Shown: positions 50,187-61,180, counted from the first letter of the stretch. The stretch: DNA of 64,000 bases from Clostridia bacterium (GCA_022768695.1 JALEPO010000135.1:879-64878), one strand, 5' to 3'. The notes: generated from the letters alone by a model not told the origin. A program made the numbers and translations.

Positions 50187-50687
50187 ATGGAAAGATATAC
50201 ATTATCGGTTCTTGTTGAGAACCAGGCGGGTGTACTGTCAAGAGTAGTCGGATTATTCTCACGCAGAGGCTTTAACATTCATTCTTTATCAGTAGGAACA
50301 ACTCAGGATGATTCTGTTTCCCGTATAACGATAGAGGTGAACGGTGACGCTCAGACTGTTGAGCAGGTTTCAAAGCAGCTTTCAAAAATTGTTGAAGTAA
50401 TCAAAATTAAAACCTTGAGAAATTATGAGATTGTTAAACGCGGTCTTGCGCTTGTAAAGGTTAAGGTTTCTCCTAAAACAAGAAGCGAGGTAATTGAGAT
50501 AACTACCGTGTTCAGAGCGAACATTGTTGATATTTCGCCAAATACATTGACAGTTGAGATAACAGGCCATGACAGAAAAATAGGTGCGTTTATAGATCTT
50601 GTTGAGCCTTACGGCATAGAAGAAATATCATGCACAGGTATGACAGCTCTTGAACGCGGAGCAAATACACTAAAGATTGACAAATAA
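50187..50687 (+). CDS. ilvN: Acetolactate synthase small (regulatory) subunit
   Basis: Start trimmed to ATG 50187 behind AAGGAGGA. ACT domain LSVLVENQAGVLSRVVGLFSRRGFNI. Confidence 0.9.
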   Translation: MERYTLSVLVENQAGVLSRVVGLFSRRGFNIHSLSVGTTQDDSVSRITIEVNGDAQTVEQVSKQLSKIVEVIKIKTLRNYEIVKRGLALVKVKVSPKTRSEVIEITTVFRANIVDISPNTLTVEITGHDRKIGAFIDLVEPYGIEEISCTGMTALERGANTLKIDK

Positions 50688-50758
50688 TCAAATGAATTTT
50701 AACGGTACTTGCAGTGCCGGATAAAATATAAAAACATATAAAAAACGGAAAGAGGTAA

Positions 50759-51784
<1,026 letters not shown>

Positions 51785-51927
51785 TTTTTAAGCGTGTTTA
51801 AAAATACGGATAAAAAAAGATTTTTAATCATTAACTCCTCGCTCCCAAGCTTGGGGTAATAGGAAAATATTTGTTTTGAACAAGCAAAGCGGCTCACCTT
51901 ATGAGCAATTTCCTGTATTATAAAAAG

Positions 51928-51968
51928 AACCGTGTCAAACGATAATCGTTTGACACGGTTTTGTTTTT
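51928..51968. terminator. Bidirectional terminator between ilvC and the ttcA-like gene
   Basis: 15-bp stem AACCGTGTCAAACGA / TCGTTTGACACGGTT with T-runs on both sides. Confidence 0.8.
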
Positions 51969-52686
51969 AATCGATTTTCCAACCGTCTATTTCACTTTTT
52001 TGGATTGCTGTAAACAGTCGTTTTCTAAGACCGGGTGTGGTTTCTTTTTCGAGATTTCGAATAAGCGTTTTCATGTATTCACGCTGTGTAACACCGTCCG
52101 CCGGACAAAGATTTTTCACAACGGGAATATTATGATTTTTTACAGCACCCTTTATATCGCGTTCTCGTACATAAATCAATGGACGGATTTGATGAATATC
52201 CGCTCGGCTAAGATATGTAACGGGTGAGAAGCAGCTTATTCTGCCCTCGTGTATAAGACTGAGGAAAAATGTTTCCAAAACATCGTCGTTATGGTGACCA
52301 AGCGCTATTTTATTGCAGCCAAGCTCCTTGGCGAAATCATTAAGAGCGCCCCGGCGCATCTTTGCGCATAATGAGCAGGGATTTGATTCCTTGCGAATAT
52401 CGAAGATAATTTCTTTGATATTTGTATATTTTACTGCAAATTTGACACCGAGATTATCGCACAATTCCTGGATTTTTGAATAATCGGCCTTATATCCCAT
52501 ATCAAGAGTGATGGCGATAACTTTAAATTTGTGCGGATAATAGCGAGAAAGCTCCGCAAGGGCGCAAAGCAGCACTAAGCTGTCTTTTCCGCCGGAAACT
52601 CCCACAGCAACCTTATCGTCGTCCTCTATCATATTATAATCTTCTACTGCGCGTCTTGTTAAGCTTACTATCTTTTTCATATTCAT
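51967..52686 (-). CDS. PP-loop ATPase, TtcA-like tRNA 2-thiolation family
   Basis: SGGKDS PP-loop, a CSLC motif and GHHNDD. Confidence 0.75.
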   Translation of the reverse strand: MNMKKIVSLTRRAVEDYNMIEDDDKVAVGVSGGKDSLVLLCALAELSRYYPHKFKVIAITLDMGYKADYSKIQELCDNLGVKFAVKYTNIKEIIFDIRKESNPCSLCAKMRRGALNDFAKELGCNKIALGHHNDDVLETFFLSLIHEGRISCFSPVTYLSRADIHQIRPLIYVRERDIKGAVKNHNIPVVKNLCPADGVTQREYMKTLIRNLEKETTPGLRKRLFTAIQKSEIDGWKID

Positions 52687-52688
52687 TC

Positions 52689-53552
52689 TTAAAATAAATT
52701 ATTAATTACACTTACAATTTTTTCTGCTACTCCGGGTCTGTTCATTGTATAAAGATGAATACCGTCTGTATCATTTGACAATAAGTCTATGATTTGGTCA
52801 ACCGCATAAGCAATTCCGGCTTGCTTTAATGCTTCCGGATTATTTTCAAATTTTGAAATCATGCGTGTAAACTTTGACGGCATTGAAGCGCCGCCTGAGA
52901 GGATACACATTCTCTGAATTTGACCTATATTTGTAAGAGGCATAATTCCGGCGGTAAACGGCTTATCTATACCTTTTTTTGCGGCTTTGTCACGGAAACG
53001 GTAAAATGCGTCATTATCAAAAAACATTTGCGTAACAAGAAAATCACAGCCTTCATCAACCTTGACCTTCAGATTTTCAATATCCGCGTCAAGACTTGAC
53101 GAATCGGGATGACACTCGGGATAGCAGGCACCGCCTACACAGAAGCCTCCGAAATCCTTAATTTCACGGACAAGCTCGGAAGCGTATTTATAATCGGTTT
53201 TAAGAAGTGATTTGTCCTGTGGTGTATCGCCTCTTAATGCCAATATATTTTTAATGCCTTTTTCCTGTAAATCAGAAAGCGTTTCCTTAACCTGCTCACG
53301 GGTGAGTGACACGCAGGTTAAATGTGCGAGTGCGGTAAGATTTAAGGTATTCTCCATATATGACGCTATTTCCGCTGTTTTTTTCGATGTTGAGCCTCCT
53401 GCGCCATATGTAACGCTCATATAGTCAATAGGAAGCTTGGACATCTGAACTATGGCATTTGTTACAGTGTCTATGTTATTTTCCTGCTTCGGAGGAAATA
53501 CCTCGAACGATAATACGGGTTTTTTACTGCTGAATATATCTTTTATATACAT
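52689..53552 (-). CDS. metF: Methylenetetrahydrofolate reductase
   Basis: SFEVFPPK N-terminus, VTYGAGGS and LRGD motifs. Confidence 0.85.
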   Translation of the reverse strand: MYIKDIFSSKKPVLSFEVFPPKQENNIDTVTNAIVQMSKLPIDYMSVTYGAGGSTSKKTAEIASYMENTLNLTALAHLTCVSLTREQVKETLSDLQEKGIKNILALRGDTPQDKSLLKTDYKYASELVREIKDFGGFCVGGACYPECHPDSSSLDADIENLKVKVDEGCDFLVTQMFFDNDAFYRFRDKAAKKGIDKPFTAGIMPLTNIGQIQRMCILSGGASMPSKFTRMISKFENNPEALKQAGIAYAVDQIIDLLSNDTDGIHLYTMNRPGVAEKIVSVINNLF

Positions 53553-53703
53553 AATTTTTTCTCCTCAATAAATAAAGTATATAGCTTATTATACAACATT
53601 TTCAGTTTAATAACAAGTGAAAAAATAAAAAAGATTTTCACACATCAACCGCCTGACTGCCGGTATTTGAAGCAATAGGAAATTTATTCTTAAAAAATTA
53701 CTC

Positions 53704-53748
53704 GCAAAAAGCACAGGGACGAAACCTGTAATTAAGGTCCCGCCCCTG
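53704..53748 (-). terminator. Strand-specific rho-independent terminator/attenuator ~150 nt upstream of metF
   Basis: On the - strand, CAGGGGCGGGACC-UUAAUUACA-GGUUUCGUCCCUG forms 13 bp, including three G-U pairs that would be A-C mismatches on the + strand. It is followed by UGCUUUUUG. Confidence 0.6.
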
Positions 53749-53791
53749 CTTCCCCAATTTAAAATTAATAAATAACTCAAAGGGTAAGTTT

Positions 53792-53820
53792 ATTATAATC
53801 ATTTAAAAAGTTAATTGCAA
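53792..53820 (-). promoter_or_regulatory. Near-consensus promoter (TTGCAA-17-TATAAT) firing toward the 53704-53748 terminator and metF
   Basis: On the - strand: TTGCAA (53815-53820), a 17-nt spacer, and TATAAT (rc of 53792-53797). Confidence 0.5.
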
Positions 53821-54048
53821 TAGCTTCTGCAAAACATCTACGAATACGACATTATGTTATTTTAAGTGACAAAATGCGTGACGTATTTTTCAAGAGAATA
53901 TGCCGATTTTAAATTAAAATGTCACATATATTTGCAAATTTAAGATATTTGAGTAAAAGCTGTTAAATATGCACAAAGAAAATTCAGACCTGACGTGTTC
54001 ATAAGAAACAAAGCCGCATTATTCAAGCTTCCGTAGGTTACTATCAAA

Positions 54049-54085
54049 TAAAAAAAGTCTGAGACTGTCAGATAGTCTTAGACTT
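54049..54085 (-). terminator. Terminator of the phosphoesterase gene
   Basis: AAGTCTAAGACT-loop-AGTCTCAGACTT followed by T7 on the - strand. Confidence 0.65.
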
Positions 54086-54118
54086 CACTTTAAAATTTAT
54101 TTTTTTGAGTATCTCAAG

Positions 54119-54589
54119 TTACACATCCAGTATTTTTGTTTTCAGAGTAGTGCCGTCAATCTCAGCTATTGCATATGTGCGTGAAAAACGTATGCTGCCG
54201 GGATTAAGCAGTGTAAGATTTTTAATGTATCCGGTATAAGGAATGTGAGTATGTCCGAATATTGCAAGGTCAGCGTCGGCATCCAATGCTTTTTGGGCAA
54301 GAGTTCTGTAATCCGATTCATATTTAACCCGGTACTCGTGTCCGTGCGTAACAAATATATTTTTACCGCCGATTTCAAGCATAAGCTTTGAAGGAGCGCC
54401 GGTGTAAAAGTCATTATTGCCCTTAACATGATAAATGGGGATATGCGGAAAAATAGAAATCAGGTCATCGGCATCATCTGCGCAGTCGCCCGCGTGTATA
54501 ACAGCGCTTACCATATCGGCAGAGCTTATAATATTTATGCAGCTGTCTATATAGCCGTGCGTATCGGAAAAAATAAGAATTTTTTTCAT
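54119..54589 (-). CDS. YfcE/MJ0936-family metallophosphoesterase
   Basis: Start trimmed to MKKILIFSDTHGY (rc of 54587-54589). Motifs GDCADD, GNND, THGH and GHTH. The longer track ORF would run through the spoIIE promoter. Confidence 0.8.
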   Translation of the reverse strand: MKKILIFSDTHGYIDSCINIISSADMVSAVIHAGDCADDADDLISIFPHIPIYHVKGNNDFYTGAPSKLMLEIGGKNIFVTHGHEYRVKYESDYRTLAQKALDADADLAIFGHTHIPYTGYIKNLTLLNPGSIRFSRTYAIAEIDGTTLKTKILDV

Positions 54590-54642
54590 ATGCTTCATTC
54601 CCTTCATAAAGATAGTAACAGTATAACACAATATCGGCGGAT

Positions 54643-54721
54643 TGTCAAAAAATGTTGTCGAAACATTTTCAAAAAACGACAAGAGAATTTGACAAAAAAT
54701 ACGCATACCATATGGTAAAAT
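54643..54721 (+). promoter_or_regulatory. spoIIE-type promoter: Spo0A boxes plus TTGACA-21-TAAAAT
   Basis: TGTCAAA at 54643-54649, an exact 0A box TGTCGAA at 54656-54662, TGTCGTT on the - strand (54675-54681), TTGACA at 54689-54694, a 21-nt spacer, and TAAAAT at 54716-54721. Confidence 0.6.
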
Positions 54722-54749
54722 ATTCCTGTAAATGGGAGGGTTATATTAA

Positions 54750-57053
54750 ATGAGTGAACCGAATATTGTTAAAAACACAGAGATTTTGCGGACTCCTGTA
54801 TTGCGTGATTTTTCTGTAAGCGTATTGCTGCTGCTTGCAAGCCGTGCCGCTGTTTTTGGAACATATCCGTTTGGCGCTGCGATGTTTGCGGCGTGTTTTG
54901 ATAAGAGCGTAGCATATCTTGGAATTACAGTCATGTGTATCGGATTGATGACCACCGGCGTGGGAATAGGACTTGTAAAATATCTTATTGCCGTGCTGCT
55001 TTTCTGGATATTTACGCGTATAAATCCATCATTTAAGTGGAATAAAAGAATAGTGGAGTCGGTCGCGTGCGGTATATCTGTTTTTGTAGGCGGACTGGCA
55101 GTGCTTACATATAGCTTCGTCGGAATGTACGATATATTGATGCTGTTTATGGAAAGTATAGTTTCCGCAATAATGTATATTATTTTTCAGAAAGCGAAGG
55201 GGCTGGCGGAGGATTCAAAGCACAGAAATCATGCGTCACAGGACGAGCTTATAAGTATTGCTGTCTGTACAGGCGTTTTCATAACCGGCATGAGCGGAAT
55301 TGTTTTTCCGCTTAACATAAGTCTTGCGCATATAGTTGCAGTATATGCAGTAATGTGTCTTGCAATGCATACCTCGCTTGCATCAGCGGGGAGCGGTGGA
55401 CTTTGCATTGGGTTTATAACGGATATGTCAAGCGTGGATTCACTTATAACGATGGGGATATATGGTATTAGCGCCCTGTTTGGAAATTTGCTTAAAAGCT
55501 TTGGCAAATTTGGCGTGGCAATAGGATTTTTGGGAGGCGCTGCGGTTACTCTTTTATATACTCAGAGTACAGCTGCGCTGCCTGTGTCTGTTCAGGATAT
55601 TACGATAGGCGTCGCAGCGTTTGTGATAACACCTAAAGGTGTGCATAATAAAATAGGAGCATTTTTTTCAAAATCGCTCAGCCTTGAAAAGGTCGGAGTT
55701 GATGTAAGGGTTAAGGAATATTTGGCTATGCAGCTTGAACGTTCCGCCAATGCGTTTAAAAGTCTGGAGGAATGCTTTTCATCAGCGTCGGAAAAACGTC
55801 TGAAGCTTTATAATAAGGAGATAGGCACATTATTTGACGAGGTGGCAGACAGAGTATGTGAAGGCTGCAGTATGGCGCAGAAATGCTGGCAGTCGGATTT
55901 TGCCAAAACGTACAGAAATATAATGCTTCTTTTGGACACCATAGAAACAAAGGGTATTCTTACAATCGGTTCTGTGCCGAGGAGCTTCAGAGAATGCTGT
56001 ATAAGGACGGAATTATTTGTTGTTGAATTCAATCATGTGTATGAGCTGTATAAAAAGAATATTGTTCGTACAGGTGAAGCGGTAATAGGACGTGATTTGG
56101 TTGCGCGTCAGTATCATGAAATTTCCAATTTAATGAATGGAATGTCCAAGGAAATTGAGGCGGGATTTTTGTTTCGTGAGGATTTGGAAAATGATATTGT
56201 AAATGAGCTGGACAAGCTTGGCATTACTGTGTTTGAGGTTAGTATCGTAGAAGGTGAGAACGGAAAGATGGAGGCATATCTTAATATCAGCTCTCCAAAG
56301 GATACAGATGCTGTTGCGGCAGCTCTTTCCGAGGTTACGGAAACACCGATGGGATTTGACAGCTCATTAAAAAACGGCGGACTGAAGTTTGTGTCAAGAC
56401 CTCGTTTTACAGTTGATATTGGTGTAAGACGCTTATCGAGAGATGACAGTGAAATATCAGGCGATAGCATAACCGCATTTGCGACGGAGGATTATAAATT
56501 TTATGTTATCTTGTCGGACGGAATGGGAAGCGGTAAGGAAGCGATGATGGAAAGCCATGTAACGCTTAAGCTTTTAAGGGAATTTCTGCAATCCGGCTTT
56601 GGTATTAAAACTTCAATAAACATGATAAATTCAGCATTGTGTCTTAAGCTTGATTATGAGTGCTTTTCAACCGTTGATTTGATGTGTATTGATTTGATTT
56701 CGGGGGTGACGGAATTTTATAAAATAGGCGGCGCAGAAAGCTTTATATATAAAAACGGCAGTGTTGAAACTGTTTATTCAGTATCGCTGCCGGTGGGAAT
56801 GCTGCCCGAAGTGAAAATTCAGTGTCAGACAAAGAAGCTGGGTGACGGAGATATAATTATGATGATGTCGGACGGAATATCAGAGGCGGGATACGGCGCA
56901 GTGCGCACGGAATGGCTTAAAAAGCAGATACGAACACCGTATGAAACTATGGATGATATGGCGCAGGATATACTTGATACGGCGATAAAAAAAGCTCATA
57001 ATGCAGTTACGGATGATATGACTGTTGCGGCGGTCAGATTGCAGGAGGTTTAA
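54750..57053 (+). CDS. spoIIE: Stage II sporulation protein E (membrane PP2C phosphatase)
   Basis: ~10 N-terminal TM helices, a central regulatory region and a C-terminal PP2C domain (SGD...FYVILSDGMGSG...MMSDG...DDMTV). Confidence 0.85.
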   Translation: MSEPNIVKNTEILRTPVLRDFSVSVLLLLASRAAVFGTYPFGAAMFAACFDKSVAYLGITVMCIGLMTTGVGIGLVKYLIAVLLFWIFTRINPSFKWNKRIVESVACGISVFVGGLAVLTYSFVGMYDILMLFMESIVSAIMYIIFQKAKGLAEDSKHRNHASQDELISIAVCTGVFITGMSGIVFPLNISLAHIVAVYAVMCLAMHTSLASAGSGGLCIGFITDMSSVDSLITMGIYGISALFGNLLKSFGKFGVAIGFLGGAAVTLLYTQSTAALPVSVQDITIGVAAFVITPKGVHNKIGAFFSKSLSLEKVGVDVRVKEYLAMQLERSANAFKSLEECFSSASEKRLKLYNKEIGTLFDEVADRVCEGCSMAQKCWQSDFAKTYRNIMLLLDTIETKGILTIGSVPRSFRECCIRTELFVVEFNHVYELYKKNIVRTGEAVIGRDLVARQYHEISNLMNGMSKEIEAGFLFREDLENDIVNELDKLGITVFEVSIVEGENGKMEAYLNISSPKDTDAVAAALSEVTETPMGFDSSLKNGGLKFVSRPRFTVDIGVRRLSRDDSEISGDSITAFATEDYKFYVILSDGMGSGKEAMMESHVTLKLLREFLQSGFGIKTSINMINSALCLKLDYECFSTVDLMCIDLISGVTEFYKIGGAESFIYKNGSVETVYSVSLPVGMLPEVKIQCQTKKLGDGDIIMMMSDGISEAGYGAVRTEWLKKQIRTPYETMDDMAQDILDTAIKKAHNAVTDDMTVAAVRLQEV

Positions 57054-57213
57054 AAAAAGGAAAAAATTTCATGAATATATATTTTCACAATGCAGATAAT
57101 AGTTTTGTACCGAAAAGGTAAAAGCTTTTGATGAAATTCTCTTTAGAATGAGAAAGCTTATGTCGGACAAGTTTTCTGTTCGGCACATAAAAATATTACG
57201 GAGGTATAAAAAA

Positions 57214-57390
57214 ATGGCAGAATGCAGCGGTAACGCAAATAAGAGTATTAAATGTTCTGTAACACAGTGTGAAAATCATTGCTCGACAGAAGATTACTGC
57301 TCACTTTCAAGTATTCAGGTAGGTACCCATGAGGCTAATCCTACAATGGTGGAATGTACAGATTGTAATTCATTCCGCTTAAAGAAATAA
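57214..57390 (+). CDS. DUF1540 Cys-rich small protein
   Basis: Start trimmed to ATG 57214 behind GGAGG. Has the repeated C..(T/V)QC.....C / CTDC pattern typical of DUF1540. Confidence 0.65.
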   Translation: MAECSGNANKSIKCSVTQCENHCSTEDYCSLSSIQVGTHEANPTMVECTDCNSFRLKK

Positions 57391-57410
57391 GCTTATTTTT
57401 CAGAACCCCG

Positions 57411-57443
57411 AAAAATGACCTGTCATAAGCGCAGGTCATTTTT
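57411..57443 (+). terminator. Rho-independent terminator
   Basis: AAAAATGACCTG pairs with CAGGTCATTTTT. Confidence 0.75.
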
Positions 57444-57547
57444 GCTTTGTTTGGTATTACAGCCCAATAGAGGAAAACAGCTTGCTTTTAGTTATAATAA
57501 TGTGGTATAATCTGTTTTGAAAATATGAGAGAGGATATTCTGATTTT

Positions 57548-58504
57548 ATGGAGAATAAGTTCAAATATTCATTAGATAATAAGCGGTATCATACATGGAA
57601 TTACCACTTGCAGCAGAAATTTGGGGAGAAGGTTTTTAAGGTTGCGCTAAATGCCGGATTTACCTGCCCTAATATTGACGGAACACGCGGCAGGGGCGGA
57701 TGCACCTATTGTTCGGGAAGCGGCAGCGGAGATTTTGCCGGAGATCCTGCGCACAGCATATTAACTCAGTTTGAAGAAGTAAAAGCAAGGATGCATCTTA
57801 AGTGGAGCAGCGCAAAATATATACCATATTTTCAGGCGCATACCAATACATATGCTCCGGCATATGTATTGCGTGAAAGATTTGAGCCTGTACTCAATCA
57901 AGAGGGCGTTGTAGGCATAAGCATCGCTACAAGGGCGGACTGTCTTGAGGAGGATGTGCTGGAATATCTTGAAGAGCTGAATATGAGAACATATTTAATA
58001 GTAGAGCTGGGCTTACAGACTATATTTGATGAAACAGGCAATAAAATTAACCGATGTCATACATATGCGGAATTTCTTGAGGGATATGAAAAGCTTAGCT
58101 CAAGAGGAATAAACGTATGTGTGCATCTTATTGACGGACTGCCGGGAGAAACGGCGGGAATGATGGTGGAAAGCGCAAAAGCGGTAGCCGCTCTGAAGCC
58201 GCATTGTGTAAAACTGCATCTTTTGCATATACTAAAAAATACAAAAATCGCCGATCAATATGAAAACGGCGATTTTAGACTTCTGACTCTCGAAGAATAT
58301 GTCGATATAATTGTGCGGCAGCTTGAGGTGTTTCCGGAGGAAACGGTTATACAGCGTCTTACCGGTGACGGCGGCCGCGATACTCTTATAGGTCCTTTGT
58401 GGAGTCTTAAAAAATTTGTTGTGCTTAATGAAATAGACAAGCTCATGGTAAAGCGTGACACATATCAGGGAGCGAAATATAAATCCCTTAACATAGTGCA
58501 GTAA
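57548..58504 (+). CDS. TIGR01212-family radical SAM protein
   Basis: FTCPNIDGTRGRGGCTYC cluster motif and the family-typical length. Confidence 0.8.
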   Translation: MENKFKYSLDNKRYHTWNYHLQQKFGEKVFKVALNAGFTCPNIDGTRGRGGCTYCSGSGSGDFAGDPAHSILTQFEEVKARMHLKWSSAKYIPYFQAHTNTYAPAYVLRERFEPVLNQEGVVGISIATRADCLEEDVLEYLEELNMRTYLIVELGLQTIFDETGNKINRCHTYAEFLEGYEKLSSRGINVCVHLIDGLPGETAGMMVESAKAVAALKPHCVKLHLLHILKNTKIADQYENGDFRLLTLEEYVDIIVRQLEVFPEETVIQRLTGDGGRDTLIGPLWSLKKFVVLNEIDKLMVKRDTYQGAKYKSLNIVQ

Positions 58505-59655
58505 TCCTCGAAGGTTGTTGTGAAAATATAATTCATAATAAGCACGTCATCAGGCTGATATTTGTCAACAACCTCCCTAAAATCTGCTTTGTATGTTCGC
58601 GGGTCGACAAGAACAACAGTGCGGTAATTGTTAATAATCCAAGGTGTAAACGCGTTCGCGTAGGAATCGCGGATTATAACAATGGTTTTATCTGTCGAGG
58701 AGTTTGGATTTACAAGCTCTGCAAGCGGATGGTCGCCGCTTAAAAAGAAATTATAGCTTGCCTTGGTTTTATCAAACAGGGGACTGGTGTAGGGGATAAC
58801 TTCTCCGTTTTTAAAGCCTTGCATTGAAAGCTCAACCTGATTGGCCTTGTCGGTATTGTACCATTCTATAGTGTCAGGCTCATTTGCAATTTCCGGTGCG
58901 GCGGCTTGTCTGTATAAATATCCGAGAAAATTCGGTATTGTATTTTTTTCAAATTTTGATTTGTCTGCCGGAGCGATGCCGGAGGCTTCTGAAAATGCGG
59001 TATATCCGTAATATGCTCCGAGCGGAGTCCAGTGATGATCCGAGCGGAAATATATGTATTCACTGCTGTGCTGCTGCAGCTTTGAGTACATATCAACCGT
59101 TTTAATTCGGCTGTCGAATTGATTGTATATATAATCGATTGTTTCCTTTTGACTGTCCTGCATATTTGCATATATAGGCTCCTGAAATTCCAACTGAGTA
59201 GGTATAAGAGCCGCGTAAAGATTTATATTGCTGTCAAGATATTTTGCGTATCTGTTTACGGCTTCTATATATTCCTCCTCATGCGCTGTATTTTTAACAA
59301 ACAGCTCAAATATAGTTTTATTTACTATTAACAGGCTTGATTTTTGAGTAGTGCCTGTACCTATATCGGTATCTGTATATACCAGTCTGCCGGCGGGGGT
59401 TCTTATTCCTTTTACGGAGCTTAGCAGCTCGTTCAATGACGTGAAAAATGAACGGAAGCCGAGATTATCATCAATAAAGCTTTCAAATCCCTGCTCAAAT
59501 TCTCCGGAAAGCAACGAATCTTTCGTCAGCGGAGGCATGGTTGCAAGAGTACGGTTTTCCTCAACGGCACTTTTGTTATCCGCAGGACAAATAAGAATAA
59601 TCACAAAAATTGAAAGCATCAGTACAAAAACCGATATTATGATTTTGTTTTTCAT
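58465..59655 (-). CDS. DHHW-family protein (AlgJ/DltD-like partner of MBOAT)
   Basis: N-terminal TM segment and YFRSDHHWTPLGAYYGY. Start trimmed to the ATG (rc of 59653-59655), 6 nt after AGAGGTG. Confidence 0.75.
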   Translation of the reverse strand: MKNKIIISVFVLMLSIFVIILICPADNKSAVEENRTLATMPPLTKDSLLSGEFEQGFESFIDDNLGFRSFFTSLNELLSSVKGIRTPAGRLVYTDTDIGTGTTQKSSLLIVNKTIFELFVKNTAHEEEYIEAVNRYAKYLDSNINLYAALIPTQLEFQEPIYANMQDSQKETIDYIYNQFDSRIKTVDMYSKLQQHSSEYIYFRSDHHWTPLGAYYGYTAFSEASGIAPADKSKFEKNTIPNFLGYLYRQAAAPEIANEPDTIEWYNTDKANQVELSMQGFKNGEVIPYTSPLFDKTKASYNFFLSGDHPLAELVNPNSSTDKTIVIIRDSYANAFTPWIINNYRTVVLVDPRTYKADFREVVDKYQPDDVLIMNYIFTTTFEDYCTMLRDLYFAP

Positions 59656-59666
59656 GCATTTCACCT

Positions 59667-61055
59667 CTAAAATCTAAAGTATAAAAACGGATTGTATGTC
59701 TGTCCCACAAGCAGAATAAAGCATAGAAGAAGTCCCAAGCCTACAAGAACCGGCTCTGTAACCGCTGCAAATTTTTTGTGCTGCTTGCATAAATGAGTGT
59801 ATATTACAGTAGGCACAGGGGTAATTCCTATTACGCATATAATAATAAGCCATAGGTTGGTGCATATAGCTGAAACGGAGGTGAGGTCATAAAGCTGACT
59901 TCCTATTCCAAAGGCACCTTTTATAAAGACTGCAAGCGCGTTTATATCCGTAAAGTAGAAGATTGCCCAGCCAAGCATTACCAGTACCATTGTGTATATG
60001 TGGCAGAAGGGCGAGGGGATTCTAAGCAGCTTGCGGTTAAAAAGTGTTTTTTCGATGAATAATATAACTCCGTAAAAAAGTCCCCAGATTATAAAATTCC
60101 AGCTTGCGCCATGCCATAATCCGGTAAGCAGCCATACTATAAACAGATTTCTTATATGCTTGTACCTATTTCCTCCGAGGGGAATATAGACGTAGTCGCG
60201 GAAGAAGCTGCTTAATGAAATATGCCATCTTCGCCAAAACTCCGTTATGTTTTTTGAAATGTACGGGTAGTCAAAATTCTCTTTAAATTTAAAGCCAAGC
60301 ATACGGCCAAGACCTATTGCCATATCAGAATATCCCGAAAAATCAAAATATATCTGAAATGTAAACATCAGCATTCCAAGCCAAGAGGTTGCGACTGTAA
60401 GACGCGTTCCCTCAAGAAGCATACCCGCTACATCACCTGCCGCATTTGCAAGCGCAAGCTTTTTTAAAAGTCCGGAGGTAAAACGTTTTATTCCGTATGC
60501 CATATCGTCCATAGTAGCTCGTCGGTTTTTCAGATAGGGCGCAATATCGTCATAGCGGACGATAGGTCCGGCAACGAGCTGCGGAAACATTGAAACATAT
60601 ATGAGAAAACGTAACGGAGATTTCTGCACATGAGTCTTGCCCCTGTATAAATCTATCGTATAGGAAAGAGTCTGAAAGGTGTAGAAGGAAATTCCCACCG
60701 GCAGAGCAAATTGAGGAACAGGGAGTGAAATTCCGGTGATATTGTTTATATTTTCCACCAAAAATCCGGAATATTTGAAAATTACGAGCATACCGAGATT
60801 TATTATCAGCGAGCTTATCATAGCGGCAGTAGCTATAGGCGTAGCATAAAAACGGTCTATAATAAGACCGTGTATATAGTCGGTTATTGCGCTTATAAGG
60901 AGCAGTATAACCCATACGGGTTCTCCCCATGCGTAAAAGATAAGCGATGCCGCTGCAAGTATTATATTTTTATACGTTATATTTTTTGACAGATTATATG
61001 TAACCAGCATTGCCGGCAGAAATATACATATAAATATCAGGCTTGAAAAAACCAT
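59667..61055 (-). CDS. MBOAT-family O-acyltransferase (AlgI/DltB-like)
   Basis: 462-aa polytopic protein. FWRRWHISLSSFFRDYVYIPLGGNR and the conserved His in LWHGASW. Confidence 0.85.
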   Translation of the reverse strand: MVFSSLIFICIFLPAMLVTYNLSKNITYKNIILAAASLIFYAWGEPVWVILLLISAITDYIHGLIIDRFYATPIATAAMISSLIINLGMLVIFKYSGFLVENINNITGISLPVPQFALPVGISFYTFQTLSYTIDLYRGKTHVQKSPLRFLIYVSMFPQLVAGPIVRYDDIAPYLKNRRATMDDMAYGIKRFTSGLLKKLALANAAGDVAGMLLEGTRLTVATSWLGMLMFTFQIYFDFSGYSDMAIGLGRMLGFKFKENFDYPYISKNITEFWRRWHISLSSFFRDYVYIPLGGNRYKHIRNLFIVWLLTGLWHGASWNFIIWGLFYGVILFIEKTLFNRKLLRIPSPFCHIYTMVLVMLGWAIFYFTDINALAVFIKGAFGIGSQLYDLTSVSAICTNLWLIIICVIGITPVPTVIYTHLCKQHKKFAAVTEPVLVGLGLLLCFILLVGQTYNPFLYFRF

Positions 61056-61090
61056 TGTATTCTCCTTTTATATATGAAGCATTTTAGGAT

Positions 61091-61180
61091 TTAACCCGGT
61101 ACGTTACTTACGGAGTTTCGTTTCCGTAACCGAAAGATTAAAGCGGATATTTCCTTGCTTAAAAGTATTCCGTATCGCAT
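61091..61180 (-). CDS. Possible 29-codon small ORF upstream of the MBOAT gene
   Basis: AAGGAGGA, 7 nt, then ATG (rc of 61178-61180) ... TAA (rc of 61091-61093), encoding MRYGILLSKEISALIFRLRKRNSVSNVPG. The region also contains a 7-bp hairpin, so it may be RNA structure only. Confidence 0.25.
   Translation of the reverse strand: MRYGILLSKEISALIFRLRKRNSVSNVPG

Noticed and set aside
58465-58504. A 40-nt 3'-end overlap of the convergent radical SAM and DHHW genes, considered as a regulatory antisense arrangement.
   Set aside because: Convergent overlaps of this size are common in compact genomes. No specific structure or signal is visible.
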